Part shown: positions 1-13,666 of the stretch, in pieces
Layout: every line of letters begins with the position of its first letter
Position numbering within the stretch: position 1 is the stretch's first letter
Origin: Eledone cirrhosa
Lineage: Eukaryota
Assembly (NCBI GenBank): GCA_964016885.1
Contig: OZ024758.1
Location: 34,596,001 to 34,660,000, forward strand
Direction: 5' to 3'
Length of the DNA stretch: 64,000 nt
Made by a program: the position numbers and the translations under genes
The notes under the pieces: generated by a model
The model's database searches: none
What the model saw: the letters and a program-made list of their open reading frames with translations, nothing else
What the model was told of the DNA's origin: nothing

Positions 1-1966
1 ACTGTTGGTGAGAATTCATTTAAGTTCATGGTATTAGCTGTCAGAAGTAACTCCACTGTTGGTGAGAATTCATTTAAGTTCATGGTATTAGTTTGTCAGA
101 AGTAACTCCACTGTTGGTGAGAATTCATTTAAGTCATGGTATTAGTTGTCAGAAGTAACTCCAATGTTGGTGAGAATTCATTTAAGTTCATGGTACTAGC
201 TGTCAGAAGTAACTCCACTGTTGGTGAGAATTCATTTAAGTTCATGGTACTAGCTGTCAGAAGTAACTCCACTGTTGGTGAGAATTCATTTAAGTCATGG
301 TATTAGCTGTCAGAAGTAACTCCAATGTTGGTGAGAATTCATTTAAGTCATGGTACTAGCTGTCAGAAGTAACTCCAAAGTTGGTGAGAATTCATTTAAG
401 TTCATGGTATTAGCTGTCAGAAGTAACTCCACTGTTGGTGAGAATTCATTTAAGTTCATGGTATTAGCTGTCAGAAGTAACTCCACTGTTGGTGAGAATT
501 CATTTAAGTCATGGTATTAGCTGTCAGAAGTAACTCCAATGTTGGTGAGAATTCATTTAAGTTCATGGTATTAGCTGTCAGAAGTCACTCCACTGTTGGT
601 GAGAATTCATTTAAGTTCATGGTACTAGCTGTCAGAAGTAACCCCAATGTTGGTGAGAATTCATTTAAGTTCATGGTATTAGCTGTCAGAAGTCACTCCA
701 ATGTTGGTGAGAATTCATTTAAGTTCATGGTATTAGCTGTCAGAAGTAACTCCACTGTTGGTAAGAATTCATTTAAGTTCATGGTATTAGCTGTCAGAAG
801 TAACTCCACTGTTGGTGAGAATTCATTTAAGTTCATGGTACTAGCTGTCAGAAGTAACCCCAATGTTGGTGAGAATTCATTTAAGTTCATGGTATTAGCT
901 GTCAGAAGTAACTCCACTGTTGGTGAGAATTCATTTAAGTTCATGGTACTAGCTGTCAGAAGTAACTCCAATGTTGGTGAGAATTCATTTAAGTTCATGG
1001 TATTAGCTGTCAGAAGGAAATCCACTGTTGCTGAGAATTCATTTAAGTTCATGGTATTAGCTGTCAGAAGTAACTCCACTGTTGGTGAGAATTCATTTAA
1101 GTTCATGGTACTAGCTGTCAGAAGTAACTCCACTGTTGGTGAGAATTCATTTAAGTTCATGGTATTAGCTGTCAGAAGTCACTCCATTGTTGGTGAGAAT
1201 TCATTTAAGTTAATGGTATTAGCTGTCAGAAGTCACTCCACTGTTGGTGAGAATTCATTTAAGTTCATGGTACTAGCTGTCAGAAGTAACCCCAATGTTG
1301 GTGAGAATTCATTTAAGTTCATGGTATTAGCTGTCAGAAGTCACTCCAATGTTGGTGAGAATTCATTTAAGTTCATGGTATTAACTGTCAGAAGTAACTC
1401 CACTGTTGGTGAGAATTCATTTAAGTTCATGGTATTAGCTGTCAGAAGTAACCCCACTGTTGGTGAGAATTCATTTAAGTTCATGGTATTAGCTGTCAGA
1501 AGTAACTCCACTGTTGGTGAGAATTCATTTAAGTCATGGTATTAGCTGTCAGAAGTAACTCCAATGTTGGTGAGAATTCATTTAAGTTCATGGTATTAAC
1601 TGTCAGAAGTCACTCCACTGTTGGTGAGAATTCATTTAAGTTCATGGTACTAGCTGTCAGAAGTAACCCCAATGTTGGTGAGAATTCATTTAAGTTCATG
1701 GTATTAGCTGTCAGAAGTCACTCCAATGTTGGTGAGAATTCATTTAAGTTCATGGTATTAGCTGTCAGAAGTAACTCCACTGTTGGTGAGAATTCATTTA
1801 AGTTCATGGTATTAGCTGTCAGAAGTAACTCCACTGTTGGTGAGAATTCATTTAAGTTCATGGTATTAGCTGTCAGAAGTAACTCCACTGTTGGTGAGAA
1901 TTCATTTAAGTTCATGGTATTAGCTGTCAGAAGTCACTCCAATGTTGGTGAGAATTCATTTAAGTC

Positions 1967-3099
1967 ATGGTACTAGCTGTCAGAAGTAACTCCACTGTTG
2001 GTGAGAATTCATTTAAGTTCATTGTATTAGCTGTCAGAAGGAACGCCACTGTTGGTGAGAATTCATTTAAGTTCATGGTATTAGCTGTCAGAAGTAACTC
2101 CACTGTTGGTGAGAATTCATTTAAGTTCATGGTACTAGCTGTCAGAAGTAACTCCAATGTTGGTGAGAATTCATTTAAGTTCATGGTATTAGCTGTCAGA
2201 AGGAACTCCACTGTTGCTGAGAATTCATTTAAGTTCATGGTATTAGCTGTCAGAAGTAACTCCACTGTTGGTGAGAATTCATTTAAGTTCATGGTACTAG
2301 CTGTCAGAAGTCACTCCACTGTTGGTGAGAATACATTTAAGTTCATGGTACTAGCTGTCAGAAGTAACCCCAATGTTGGTGAGAATTCATTTAAGTTCAT
2401 GGTATTAGCTGTCAGAAGTCACTCCAATGTTGGTGAGAATTCATTTAAGTTCATGGTATTAGCTGTCAGAAGTAACTCCACTGTTGGTAAGAATTCATTT
2501 AAGTTCATGGTATTAGCTGTCAGAAGTAACTCCACTGTTGGTGAGAATTCATTTAAGTTCATGGTATTAGCTGTCAGAAGGAACGCCACTGTTGGTGAGA
2601 ATTCATTTAAGTTCATGGTATTAGCTGTCAGAAGTAACTCCACTGTTGGTGAGAATTCATTTAAGTTCATGGTACTAGCTGTCAGAAGTAACTCCACTGT
2701 TGGTGAGAATTCATTTAAGTTCATGGTATTAGCTGTCAGAAGTCACTCCAATGTTGGTGAGAATTCATTTAAGTTCATGGTATTAGCTGTCAGAAGTCAC
2801 TCCACTGTTGGTGAGAATTCATTTAAGTTCATGGTACTAGCTGTCAGAAGTAACCCCAATGTTGGTGAGAATTCATTTAAGTTCATGGCATTAGCTGTCA
2901 GAAGTCACTCCAATGTTGGTGAGAATTCATTTAAGTTCATGGTATTAGCTGTCAGAAGTAACTCCACTGTTGGTGAGAATTCATTTAAGTTCATGGTATT
3001 AGCTGTCACAAGTAACTCCACTGTTGGTGAGAATTCATTTAAGTTCATGGTATTAGCTGTCAGAAGTAACTCCACTGTTGGTGAGAATTCATTTAAGTC
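1967..3099. repeat. 21-monomer higher-order block (1133 bp), core of the master HOR
   Basis: Ordered variants cNST, I-RNAT, NST, cNSN, RNST-A, NST, cHST-T, cNPN, HSN, NST-K, NST, RNAT, NST, cNST, HSN, HST, cNPN, HSN, NST, NST, NST(del). The same order recurs whole or in part at 4123, 6011, 11670, 22180, 28923, 45372 and 58474. Confidence 0.9.
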
Positions 3100-3153
3100 A
3101 TGGTATTAGCTGTCAGAAGTAACTCCAATGTTGGTGAGAATTCATTTAAGTTC

Positions 3154-4015
3154 ATGGTATTAGCTGTCAGAAGTCACTCCACTGTTGGTGAGAATTCATT
3201 TAAGTTCATGGTATTAGCTGTCAGAAGTAACTCCACTGTTGGTGAGAATTCATTTAAGTTCATGGTATTAGCTGTCAGAAGTAACTCCATTGTTGGTGAG
3301 AATTCATTTAAGTTCATGGTATTAGCTGTCAGAAGGAACTCCAATGTTGGTGAGAATTCATTTAAGTCATGGTACTAGCTGTCAGAAGTAACTCCACTGT
3401 TGGTGAGAATTCATTTAAGTTCATGGTATTAGCTGTCAGAAGGAACGCCACTGTTGGTGAGAATTCATTTAAATTCATGGTATTAGCTGTCAGAAGTAAC
3501 TCCACTGTTGGTGAGAATTCATTTAAGTTCATGGTACTAGCTGTCAGAAGTAACTCCAATGTTGGTGAGAATTCATTTAAGTTCATGGTATTAGCTGTCA
3601 GAAGTCACTCCACTGTTGGTGAGAATTCATTTAAGTTCATGGTATTAGCTGTCAGAAGTAACTCCACTGTTGGTGAGAATTCATTTAAGTTCATGGTATT
3701 AGCTGTCAGAAGTAACTCCATTGTTGGTGAGAATTCATTTAAGTTCATGGTATTAGCTGTCAGAAGGAACTCCAATGTTGGTGAGAATTCATTTAAGTCA
3801 TGGTACTAGCTGTCAGAAGTAACTCCACTGTTGGTGAGAATTCATTTAAGTTCATGGTATTAGCTGTCAGAAGGAACGCCACTGTTGGTGAGAATTCATT
3901 TAAATTCATGGTATTAGCTGTCAGAAGTAACTCCACTGTTGGTGAGAATTCATTTAAGTTCATGGTACTAGCTGTCAGAAGTAACTCCAATGTTGGTGAG
4001 AATTCATTTAAGTTC
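3154..4015. repeat. Tandem duplication of an 8-monomer block (431 bp x2)
   Basis: 3154..3584 and 3585..4015 have the same variant order (HST, NST, NSI, RNSN-del, cNST, RNAT with AAA, NST, cNSN). Confidence 0.85.
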
Positions 4016-7000
4016 ATGGTATTAGCTGTCAGAAGTAACTCCACTGTTGGTGAGAATTCATTTAAGTTCATGGTATTAGCTGTCAGAAGTCACTCCAATG
4101 TTGTTGAGAATTCATTTAAGTCATGGTACTAGCTGTCAGAAGTAACTCCACTGTTGGTGAGAATTCATTTAAGTTCATTGTATTAGCTGTCAGAAGGAAC
4201 GCCACTGTTGGTGAGAATTCATTTAAGTTCATGGTATTAGCTGTCAGAAGTAACTCCACTGTTGGTGAGAATTCATTTAAGTTCATGGTACTAGCTGTCA
4301 GAAGTAACTCCAATGTTGGTGAGAATTCATTTAAGTTCATGGTATTAGCTGTCAGAAGGAACTCCACTGTTGCTGAGAATTCATTTAAGTTCATGGTATT
4401 AGCTGTCAGAAGTAACTCCACTGTTGGTGAGAATTCATTTAAGTTCATGGTACTAGCTGTCAGAAGTCACTCCACTGTTGGTGAGAATACATTTAAGTTC
4501 ATGGTACTAGCTGTCAGAAGTAACCCCAATGTTGGTGAGAATTCATTTAAGTTCATGGTATTAGCTGTCAGAAGTCACTCCAATGTTGGTGAGAATTCAT
4601 TTAAGTTCATGGTATTAGCTGTCAGAAGTAACTCCACTGTTGGTAAGAATTCATTTAAGTTCATGGTATTAGCTGTCAGAAGTAACTCCACTGTTGGTGA
4701 GAATTCATTTAAGTTCATGGTATTAGCTGTCAGAAGGAACGCCACTGTTGGTGAGAATTCATTTAAGTTCATGGTATTAGCTGTCAGAAGTAACTCCACT
4801 GTTGGTGAGAATTCATTTAAGTTCATGGTATTAGCTGGCAGAAGTAACTCCACTGTTGGTGAGAATTCATTTAAGTTCATGGTATTAGCTGTCAGAAGTA
4901 ACTCCACTGTTGGTGAGAATTCATTTAAGTTCATGGTATTAGCTGTCAGAAGTAACTCCACTGTTGGTGAGAATTCATTTAAGTTCATGGTATTAGCTGT
5001 CAGAAGTAACTCCACTGTTGGTGAGAATTCATTAAAGTTCATGGTATTAGCTGTCAGAAGGAACTCCAATGTTGGTGAGAATTCATTTAAGTTCATGGTA
5101 TTAGCTGTCAGAAGTAACTCCACTGTTGGTGAGAATTCATTTAAGTTCATGGTATTAGCTGTCAGAAGGAACTCCAATGTTGGTGAGAATTCATTTAAGT
5201 CATGGTATTAGCTGTCAGAAGTAACTCCACTGTTGGTGAGAATTCATTTAAGTTCATGGTACTAGCTGTCAGAAGTAACCCCAATGTTGGTGAGAATTCA
5301 TTTAAGTTCATGGTATTAGCTGTCAGAAGTAACTCCACTGTTGGTGAGAATTCATTTAAGTTCATGGTACTAGCTGTCAGAAGTAACTCCAATGTTGGTG
5401 AGAATTCATTTAAGTTCATGGTATTAGCTGTCAGAAGGAACTCCACTGTTGCTGAGAATTCATTTAAGTTCATGGTATTAGCTGTCAGAAGTAACTCCAC
5501 TGTTGGTGAGAATTCATTTAAGTTCATGGTACTAGCTGTCAGAAGTAACTCCACTGTTGGTGAGAATTCATTTAAGTTCATGGTATTAGCTGTCAGAAGT
5601 CACTCCATTGTTGGTGAGAATTCATTTAAGTTAATGGTATTAGCTGTCAGAAGTCACTCCAATGTTGGTGAGAATTCATTTAAGTCATGGTATTAGCTGT
5701 CAGAAGTCACTCCATTGTTGGTGAGAATTCATTTAAGTTCATGGTATTAGCTGTCAGAAGTCACTCCATTGTTGGTGAGAATTCATTTAAGTTAATGGTA
5801 TTAGCTGTCAGAAGTAACTCCACTGTTGGTGAGAATTCATTTAAGTTCATGGTACTAGCTGTCAGAAGTAACTCCACTGTTGGTGAGAATTCATTTAAGT
5901 TCATGGTATTAGCTGTCAGAAGTAACTCCAATGTTGGTGAGAATTCATTTAAGTTCATGGTATTAACTGTCAGAAGTCACTCCACTGTTGGTGAGAATTC
6001 ATTTAAGTTCATGGTACTAGCTGTCAGAAGTAACTCCACTGTTGGTGAGAATTCATTTAAGTTCATTGTATTAGCTGTCAGAAGGAACGCCACTGTTGGT
6101 GAGAATTCATTTAAGTTCATGGTATTAGCTGTCAGAAGTAACTCCACTGTTGGTGAGAATTCATTTAAGTTCATGGTACTAGCTGTCAGAAGTAACTCCA
6201 ATGTTGGTGAGAATTCATTTAAGTTCATGGTATTAGCTGTCAGAAGGAACTCCACTGTTGCTGAGAATTCATTTAAGTTCATGGTATTAGCTGTCAGAAG
6301 TAACTCCACTGTTGGTGAGAATTCATTTAAGTTCATGGTACTAGCTGTCAGAAGTCACTCCACTGTTGGTGAGAATACATTTAAGTTCATGGTACTAGCT
6401 GTCAGAAGTAACCCCAATGTTGGTGAGAATTCATTTAAGTTCATGGTATTAGCTGTCAGAAGTCACTCCAATGTTGGTGAGAATTCATTTAAGTTCATGG
6501 TATTAGCTGTCAGAAGTAACTCCACTGTTGGTAAGAATTCATTTAAGTTCATGGTATTAGCTGTCAGAAGTAACTCCACTGTTGGTGAGAATTCATTTAA
6601 GTTCATGGTATTAGCTGTCAGAAGGAACGCCACTGTTGGTGAGAATTCATTTAAGTTCATGGTATTAGCTGTCAGAAGTAACTCCACTGTTGGTGAGAAT
6701 TCATTTAAGTTCATGGTACTAGCTGTCAGAAGTAACTCCACTGTTGGTGAGAATTCATTTAAGTTCATGGTATTAGCTGTCAGAAGTCACTCCAATGTTG
6801 GTGAGAATTCATTTAAGTTCATGGTATTAGCTGTCAGAAGTCACTCCACTGTTGGTGAGAATTCATTTAAGTTCATGGTACTAGCTGTCAGAAGTAACCC
6901 AATGTTGGTGAGAATTCATTTAAGTTCATGGCATTAGCTGTCAGAAGTCACTCCAATGTTGGTGAGAATTCATTTAAGTTCATGGTATTAGCTGTCAGAA

Positions 7001-9190
7001 GTAACTCCACTGTTGGTGAGAATTCATTTAAGTTCATGGTATTAGCTGTCAGAAGTAACTCCACTGTTGGTGAGAATTCATTTAAGTCATGGTATTAGCT
7101 GTCAGAAGTAACTCCAATGTTGGTGAGAATTCATTTAAGTTCATGGTATTAGCTGTCAGAAGTCACTCCACTGTTGGTGAGAATTCATTTAAGTTCATGG
7201 TATTAGCTGTCAGAAGTAACTCCACTGTTGGTGAGAATTCATTTAAGTTCATGGTATTAGCTGTCAGAAGTAACTCCATTGTTGGTGAGAATTCATTTAA
7301 GTTCATGGTATTAGCTGTCAGAAGGAACTCCAATGTTGGTGAGAATTCATTTAAGTCATGGTACTAGCTGTCAGAAGTAACTCCACTGTTGGTGAGAATT
7401 CATTTAAGTTCATGGTATTAGCTGTCAGAAGGAACGCCACTGTTGGTGAGAATTCATTTAAATTCATGGTATTAGCTGTCAGAAGTAACTCCACTGTTGG
7501 TGAGAATTCATTTAAGTTCATGGTACTAGCTGTCAGAAGTAACTCCAATGTTGGTGAGAATTCATTTAAGTTCATGGTATTAGCTGTCAGAAGTAACTCC
7601 ACTGTTGGTGAGAATTCATTTAAGTTCATGGTATTAGCTGTCAGAAGTCACTCCAATGTTGGTGAGAATTCATTTAAGTCATGGTACTAGCTGTCAGAAG
7701 TAACTCCACTGTTGGTGAGAATTCATTTAAGTTCATTGTATTAGCTGTCAGAAGGAACGCCACTGTTGGTGAGAATTCATTTAAGTTCATGGTATTAGCT
7801 GTCAGAAGTAACTCCACTGTTGGTGAGAATTCATTTAAGTTCATGGTACTAGCTGTCAGAAGTAACTCCAATGTTGGTGAGAATTCATTTAAGTTCATGG
7901 TATTATCTGTCAGAAGGAACTCCACTGTTGCTGAGAATTCATTTAAGTTCATGGTATTAGCTGTCAGAAGTAACTCCACTGTTGGTGAGAATTCATTTAA
8001 GTTCATGGTATTAGCTGTCAGAAGTAACTCCACTGTTGGTGAGAATTCATTTAAGTTCATGGTATTAGCTGTCAGAAGGAACGCCACTGTTGGTGAGAAT
8101 TCATTTAAGTTCATGGTATTAGCTGTCAGAAGTAACTCCATTGTTGGTGAGAATTCATTTAAGTTCATGGTATTAGCTGGCAGAAGTAACTCCACTGTTG
8201 GTGAGAATTCATTTAAGTTCATGGTATTAGCTGTCAGAAGTAACTCCACTGTTGGTGAGAATTCATTTAAGTTCATGGTATTAGCTGTCAGAAGTAACTC
8301 CACTGTTGGTGAGAATTCATTTAAGTTCATGGTATTAGCTGTCAGAAGGAACTCCAATGTTGGTGAGAATTCATTTAAGTCATGGTATTAGCTGTCAGAA
8401 GTAACTCCACTGTTGGTGAGAATTCATTTAAGTTCATGGTACTAGCTGTCAGAAGTAACCCCAATGTTGGTGAGAATTCATTTAAGTTCATGGTATTAGC
8501 TGTCAGAAGTAACTCCACTGTTGGTGAGAATTCATTTAAGTTCATGGTACTAGCTGTCAGAAGTAACTCCAATGTTGGTGAGAATTCATTTAAGTTCATG
8601 GTATTAGCTGTCAGAAGGAACTCCACTGTTGCTGAGAATTCATTTAAGTTCATGGTATTAGCTGTCAGAAGTAACTCCACTGTTGGTGAGAATTCATTTA
8701 AGTTCATGGTACTAGCTGTCAGAAGTAACTCCACTGTTGGTGAGAATTCATTTAAGTTCATGGTATTAGCTGTCAGAAGTCACTCCATTGTTGGTGAGAA
8801 TTCATTTAAGTTAATGGTATTAGCTGTCAGAAGTCACTCCACTGTTGGTGAGAATTCATTTAAGTTCATGGTACTAGCTGTCAGAAGTATCCCCAATGTT
8901 GGTGAGAATTCATTTAAGTTCATGGTATTAGCTGTCAGAAGTCACTCCAATGTTGGTGAGAATTCATTTAAGTTCATGGTATTAACTGTCAGAAGTAACT
9001 CCACTGTTGGTGAGAATTCATTTAAGTTCATGGTATTAGCTGTCAGAAGTAACTCCACTGTTGGTGAGAATTCATTTAAGTTCATGGTATTAGCTGTCAG
9101 AAGTAACTCCACTGTTGGTGAGAATTCATTTAAGTCATGGTATTAGCTGTCAGAAGTAACTCCAATGTTGGTGAGAATTCATTTAAGTTC

Positions 9191-10376
9191 ATGGTATTAA
9201 CTGTCAGAAGTCACTCCACTGTTGGTGAGAATTCATTTAAGTTCATGGTACTAGCTGTCAGAAGTAACCCCAATGTTGGTGAGAATTCATTTAAGTTCAT
9301 GGTATTAGCTGTCAGAAGTCACTCCAATGTTGGTGAGAATTCATTTAAGTTCATGGTATTAGCTGTCAGAAGTAACTCCACTGTTGGTGAGAATTCATTT
9401 AAGTTCATGGTATTAGCTGTCAGAAGTAACTCCACTGTTGGTGAGAATTCATTTAAGTTCATGGTATTAGCTGTCAGAAGTAACTCCACTGTTGGTGAGA
9501 ATTCATTTAAGTTCATGGTATTAGCTGTCAGAAGTCACTCCAATGTTGGTGAGAATTCATTTAAGTCATGGTACTAGCTGTCAGAAGTAACTCCACTGTT
9601 GGTGAGAATTCATTTAAGTTCATTGTATTAGCTGTCAGAAGGAACGCCACTGTTGGTGAGAATTCATTTAAGTTCATGGTATTAGCTGTCAGAAGTAACT
9701 CCACTGTTGGTGAGAATTCATTTAAGTTCATGGTACTAGCTGTCAGAAGTAACTCCAATGTTGGTGAGAATTCATTTAAGTTCATGGTATTAACTGTCAG
9801 AAGTCACTCCACTGTTGGTGAGAATTCATTTAAGTTCATGGTACTAGCTGTCAGAAGTAACCCCAATGTTGGTGAGAATTCATTTAAGTTCATGGTATTA
9901 GCTGTCAGAAGTCACTCCAATGTTGGTGAGAATTCATTTAAGTTCATGGTATTAGCTGTCAGAAGTAACTCCACTGTTGGTGAGAATTCATTTAAGTTCA
10001 TGGTATTAGCTGTCAGAAGTAACTCCACTGTTGGTGAGAATTCATTTAAGTTCATGGTATTAGCTGTCAGAAGTAACTCCACTGTTGGTGAGAATTCATT
10101 TAAGTTCATGGTATTAGCTGTCAGAAGTCACTCCAATGTTGGTGAGAATTCATTTAAGTCATGGTACTAGCTGTCAGAAGTAACTCCACTGTTGGTGAGA
10201 ATTCATTTAAGTTCATTGTATTAGCTGTCAGAAGGAACGCCACTGTTGGTGAGAATTCATTTAAGTTCATGGTATTAGCTGTCAGAAGTAACTCCACTGT
10301 TGGTGAGAATTCATTTAAGTTCATGGTACTAGCTGTCAGAAGTAACTCCAATGTTGGTGAGAATTCATTTAAGTTC
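9191..10376. repeat. Tandem duplication of an 11-monomer block (593 bp x2)
   Basis: 9191..9783 and 9784..10376 both start with the rare TTAACT-HST monomer and share variant order; block starts 9568 and 10161 differ by 593. Confidence 0.85.
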
Positions 10377-13300
10377 ATGGTATTAGCTGTCAGAAGGAAC
10401 TCCACTGTTGCTGAGAATTCATTTAAGTTCATGGTATTAGCTGTCAGAAGTAACTCCACTGTTGGTGAGAATTCATTTAAGTTCATGGTACTAGCTGTCA
10501 GAAGTCACTCCACTGTTGGTGAGAATACATTTAAGTTCATGGTACTAGCTGTCAGAAGTAACCCCAATGTTGGTGAGAATTCATTTAAGTTCATGGTATT
10601 AGCTGTCAGAAGTCACTCCACTGTTGGTAAGAATTCATTTAAGTTCATGGTATTAGCTGTCAGAAGTAACTCCACTGTTGGTGAGAATTCATTTAAGTTC
10701 ATGGTATTAGCTGTCAGAAGGAACGCCACTGTTGGTGAGAATTCATTTAAGTTCATGGTATTAGCTGTCAGAAGTCACTCCACTGTTGGTGAGAATTCAT
10801 TTAAGTTCATGGTACTAGCTGTCAGAAGTAACCCCAATGTTGGTGAGAATTCATTTAAGTTCATGGTATTAGCTGTCAGAAGTCACTCCAATGTTGGTGA
10901 GAATTCATTTAAGTTCATGGTATTAGCTGTCAGAAGTAACTCCACTGTTGGTGAGAATTCATTTAAGTTTATGGTATTAGCTGTCAGAAGTAACTCCACT
11001 GTTGGTGAGAATTCATTTAAGTTCATGGTATTAGCTGTCAGAAGTAACTCCACTGTTGGTGAGAATTCATTTAAGTCATGGTATTAGCTGTCAGAAGTAA
11101 CTCCAATGTTGGTGAGAATTCATTTAAGTTCATGGTATTAGCTGTCAGAAGTCACTCCACTGTTGGTGAGAATTCATTTAAGTTCATGGTATTAGCTGTC
11201 AGAAGTAACTCCACTGTTGGTGAGAATTCATTTAAGTTCATGGTATTAGCTGTCAGAAGTAACTCCATTGTTGGTGAGAATTCATTTAAGTTCATGGTAT
11301 TAGCTGTCAGAAGGAACTCCAATGTTGGTGAGAATTCATTTAAGTCATGGTACTAGCTGTCAGAAGTAACTCCACTGTTGGTGAGAATTCATTTAAGTTC
11401 ATGGTATTAGCTGTCAGAAGGAACGCCACTGTTGGTGAGAATTCATTTAAATTCATGGTATTAGCTGTCAGAAGTAACTCCACTGTTGGTGAGAATTCAT
11501 TTAAGTTCATGGTACTAGCTGTCAGAAGTAACTCCAATGTTGGTGAGAATTCATTTAAGTTCATGGTATTAGCTGTCAGAAGTAACTCCACTGTTGGTGA
11601 GAATTCATTTAAGTTCATGGTATTAGCTGTCAGAAGTCACTCCAATGTTGTTGAGAATTCATTTAAGTCATGGTACTAGCTGTCAGAAGTAACTCCACTG
11701 TTGGTGAGAATTCATTTAAGTTCATTGTATTAGCTGTCAGAAGGAACGCCACTGTTGGTGAGAATTCATTTAAGTTCATGGTATTAGCTGTCAGAAGTAA
11801 CTCCACTGTTGGTGAGAATTCATTTAAGTTCATGGTACTAGCTGTCAGAAGTAACTCCAATGTTGGTGAGAATTCATTTAAGTTCATGGTATTAGCTGTC
11901 AGAAGGAACTCCACTGTTGCTGAGAATTCATTTAAGTTCATGGTATTAGCTGTCAGAAGTAACTCCACTGTTGGTGAGAATTCATTTAAGTTCATGGTAC
12001 TAGCTGTCAGAAGTCACTCCACTGTTGGTGAGAATACATTTAAGTTCATGGTACTAGCTGTCAGAAGTAACCCCAATGTTGGTGAGAATTCATTTAAGTT
12101 CATGGTATTAGCTGTCAGAAGTCACTCCAATGTTGGTGAGAATTCATTTAAGTTCATGGTATTAGCTGTCAGAAGTAACTCCACTGTTGGTAAGAATTCA
12201 TTTAAGTTCATGGTATTAGCTGTCAGAAGTAACTCCACTGTTGGTGAGAATTCATTTAAGTTCATGGTATTAGCTGTCAGAAGGAACGCCACTGTTGGTG
12301 AGAATTCATTTAAGTTCATGGTATTAGCTGTCAGAAGTAACTCCACTGTTGGTGAGAATTCATTTAAGTTCATGGTATTAGCTGGCAGAAGTAACTCCAC
12401 TGTTGGTGAGAATTCATTTAAGTTCATGGTATTAGCTGTCAGAAGTAACTCCACTGTTGGTGAGAATTCATTTAAGTTCATGGTATTAGCTGTCAGAAGT
12501 AACTCCACTGTTGGTGAGAATTCATTTAAGTTCATGGTATTAGCTGTCAGAAGTAACTCCAATGTTGGTGAGAATTCATTTAAGTTCATGGTATTAACTG
12601 TCAGAAGTCACTCCACTGTTGGTGAGAATTCATTTAAGTTCATGGTACTAGCTGTCAGAAGTAACTCCACTGTTGGTGAGAATTCATTTAAGTTCATTGT
12701 ATTAGCTGTCAGAAGGAACGCCACTGTTGGTGAGAATTCATTTAAGTTCATGGTATTAGCTGTCAGAAGTAACTCCACTGTTGGTGAGAATTCATTTAAG
12801 TTCATGGTACTAGCTGTCAGAAGTAACTCCAATGTTGGTGAGAATTCATTTAAGTTCATGGTATTAGCTGTCAGAAGGAACTCCACTGTTGCTGAGAATT
12901 CATTTAAGTTCATGGTATTAGCTGTCAGAAGTAACTCCACTGTTGGTGAGAATTCATTTAAGTTCATGGTACTAGCTGTCAGAAGTCACTCCACTGTTGG
13001 TGAGAATACATTTAAGTTCATGGTACTAGCTGTCAGAAGTAACCCCAATGTTGGTGAGAATTCATTTAAGTTCATGGTATTAGCTGTCAGAAGTCACTCC
13101 AATGTTGGTGAGAATTCATTTAAGTTCATGGTATTAGCTGTCAGAAGTAACTCCACTGTTGGTAAGAATTCATTTAAGTTCATGGTATTAGCTGTCAGAA
13201 GTAACTCCACTGTTGGTGAGAATTCATTTAAGTTCATGGTATTAGCTGTCAGAAGGAACGCCACTGTTGGTGAGAATTCATTTAAGTTCATGGTATTAGC

Positions 13301-13666
13301 TGTCAGAAGTAACTCCACTGTTGGTGAGAATTCATTTAAGTTCATGGTATTAGCTGTCAGAAGTAACTCCACTGTTGGTGAGAATTCATTTAAGTTCATG
13401 GTATTAGCTGTCAGAAGTCACTCCAACGTTGGTGAGAATTCATTTAAGTTCATGGTATTAGCTGTCAGAAGTCACTCCACTGTTGGTGAGAATTCATTTA
13501 AGTTCATGGTACTAGCTGTCAGAAGTAACCCAATGTTGGTGGGAATTCATTTAAGTTCATGGCATTAGCTGTCAGAAGTCACTCCAATGTTGGTGAGAAT
13601 TCATTTAAGTTCATGGTATTAGCTGTCAGAAGTAACTCCACTGTTGGTGAGAATTCATTTAAGTTC

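Noticed and set aside
39-84. Dense short palindromes (AGCT, GAATTC, TTAA, CATG) and the 10-bp offset GAATTCAT/AAGTTCAT sub-repeat
   Set aside because: Too short to exceed chance in an AT-rich 54-mer; no function can be supported.
1536-1545. Overlapping start/stop (ATG...TAG, 10-nt overlap) resembling translational coupling or programmed frameshifting
   Set aside because: It follows automatically from a 1-bp deletion in a tandem repeat where every monomer begins with ATG and has TAG at positions 8-10.
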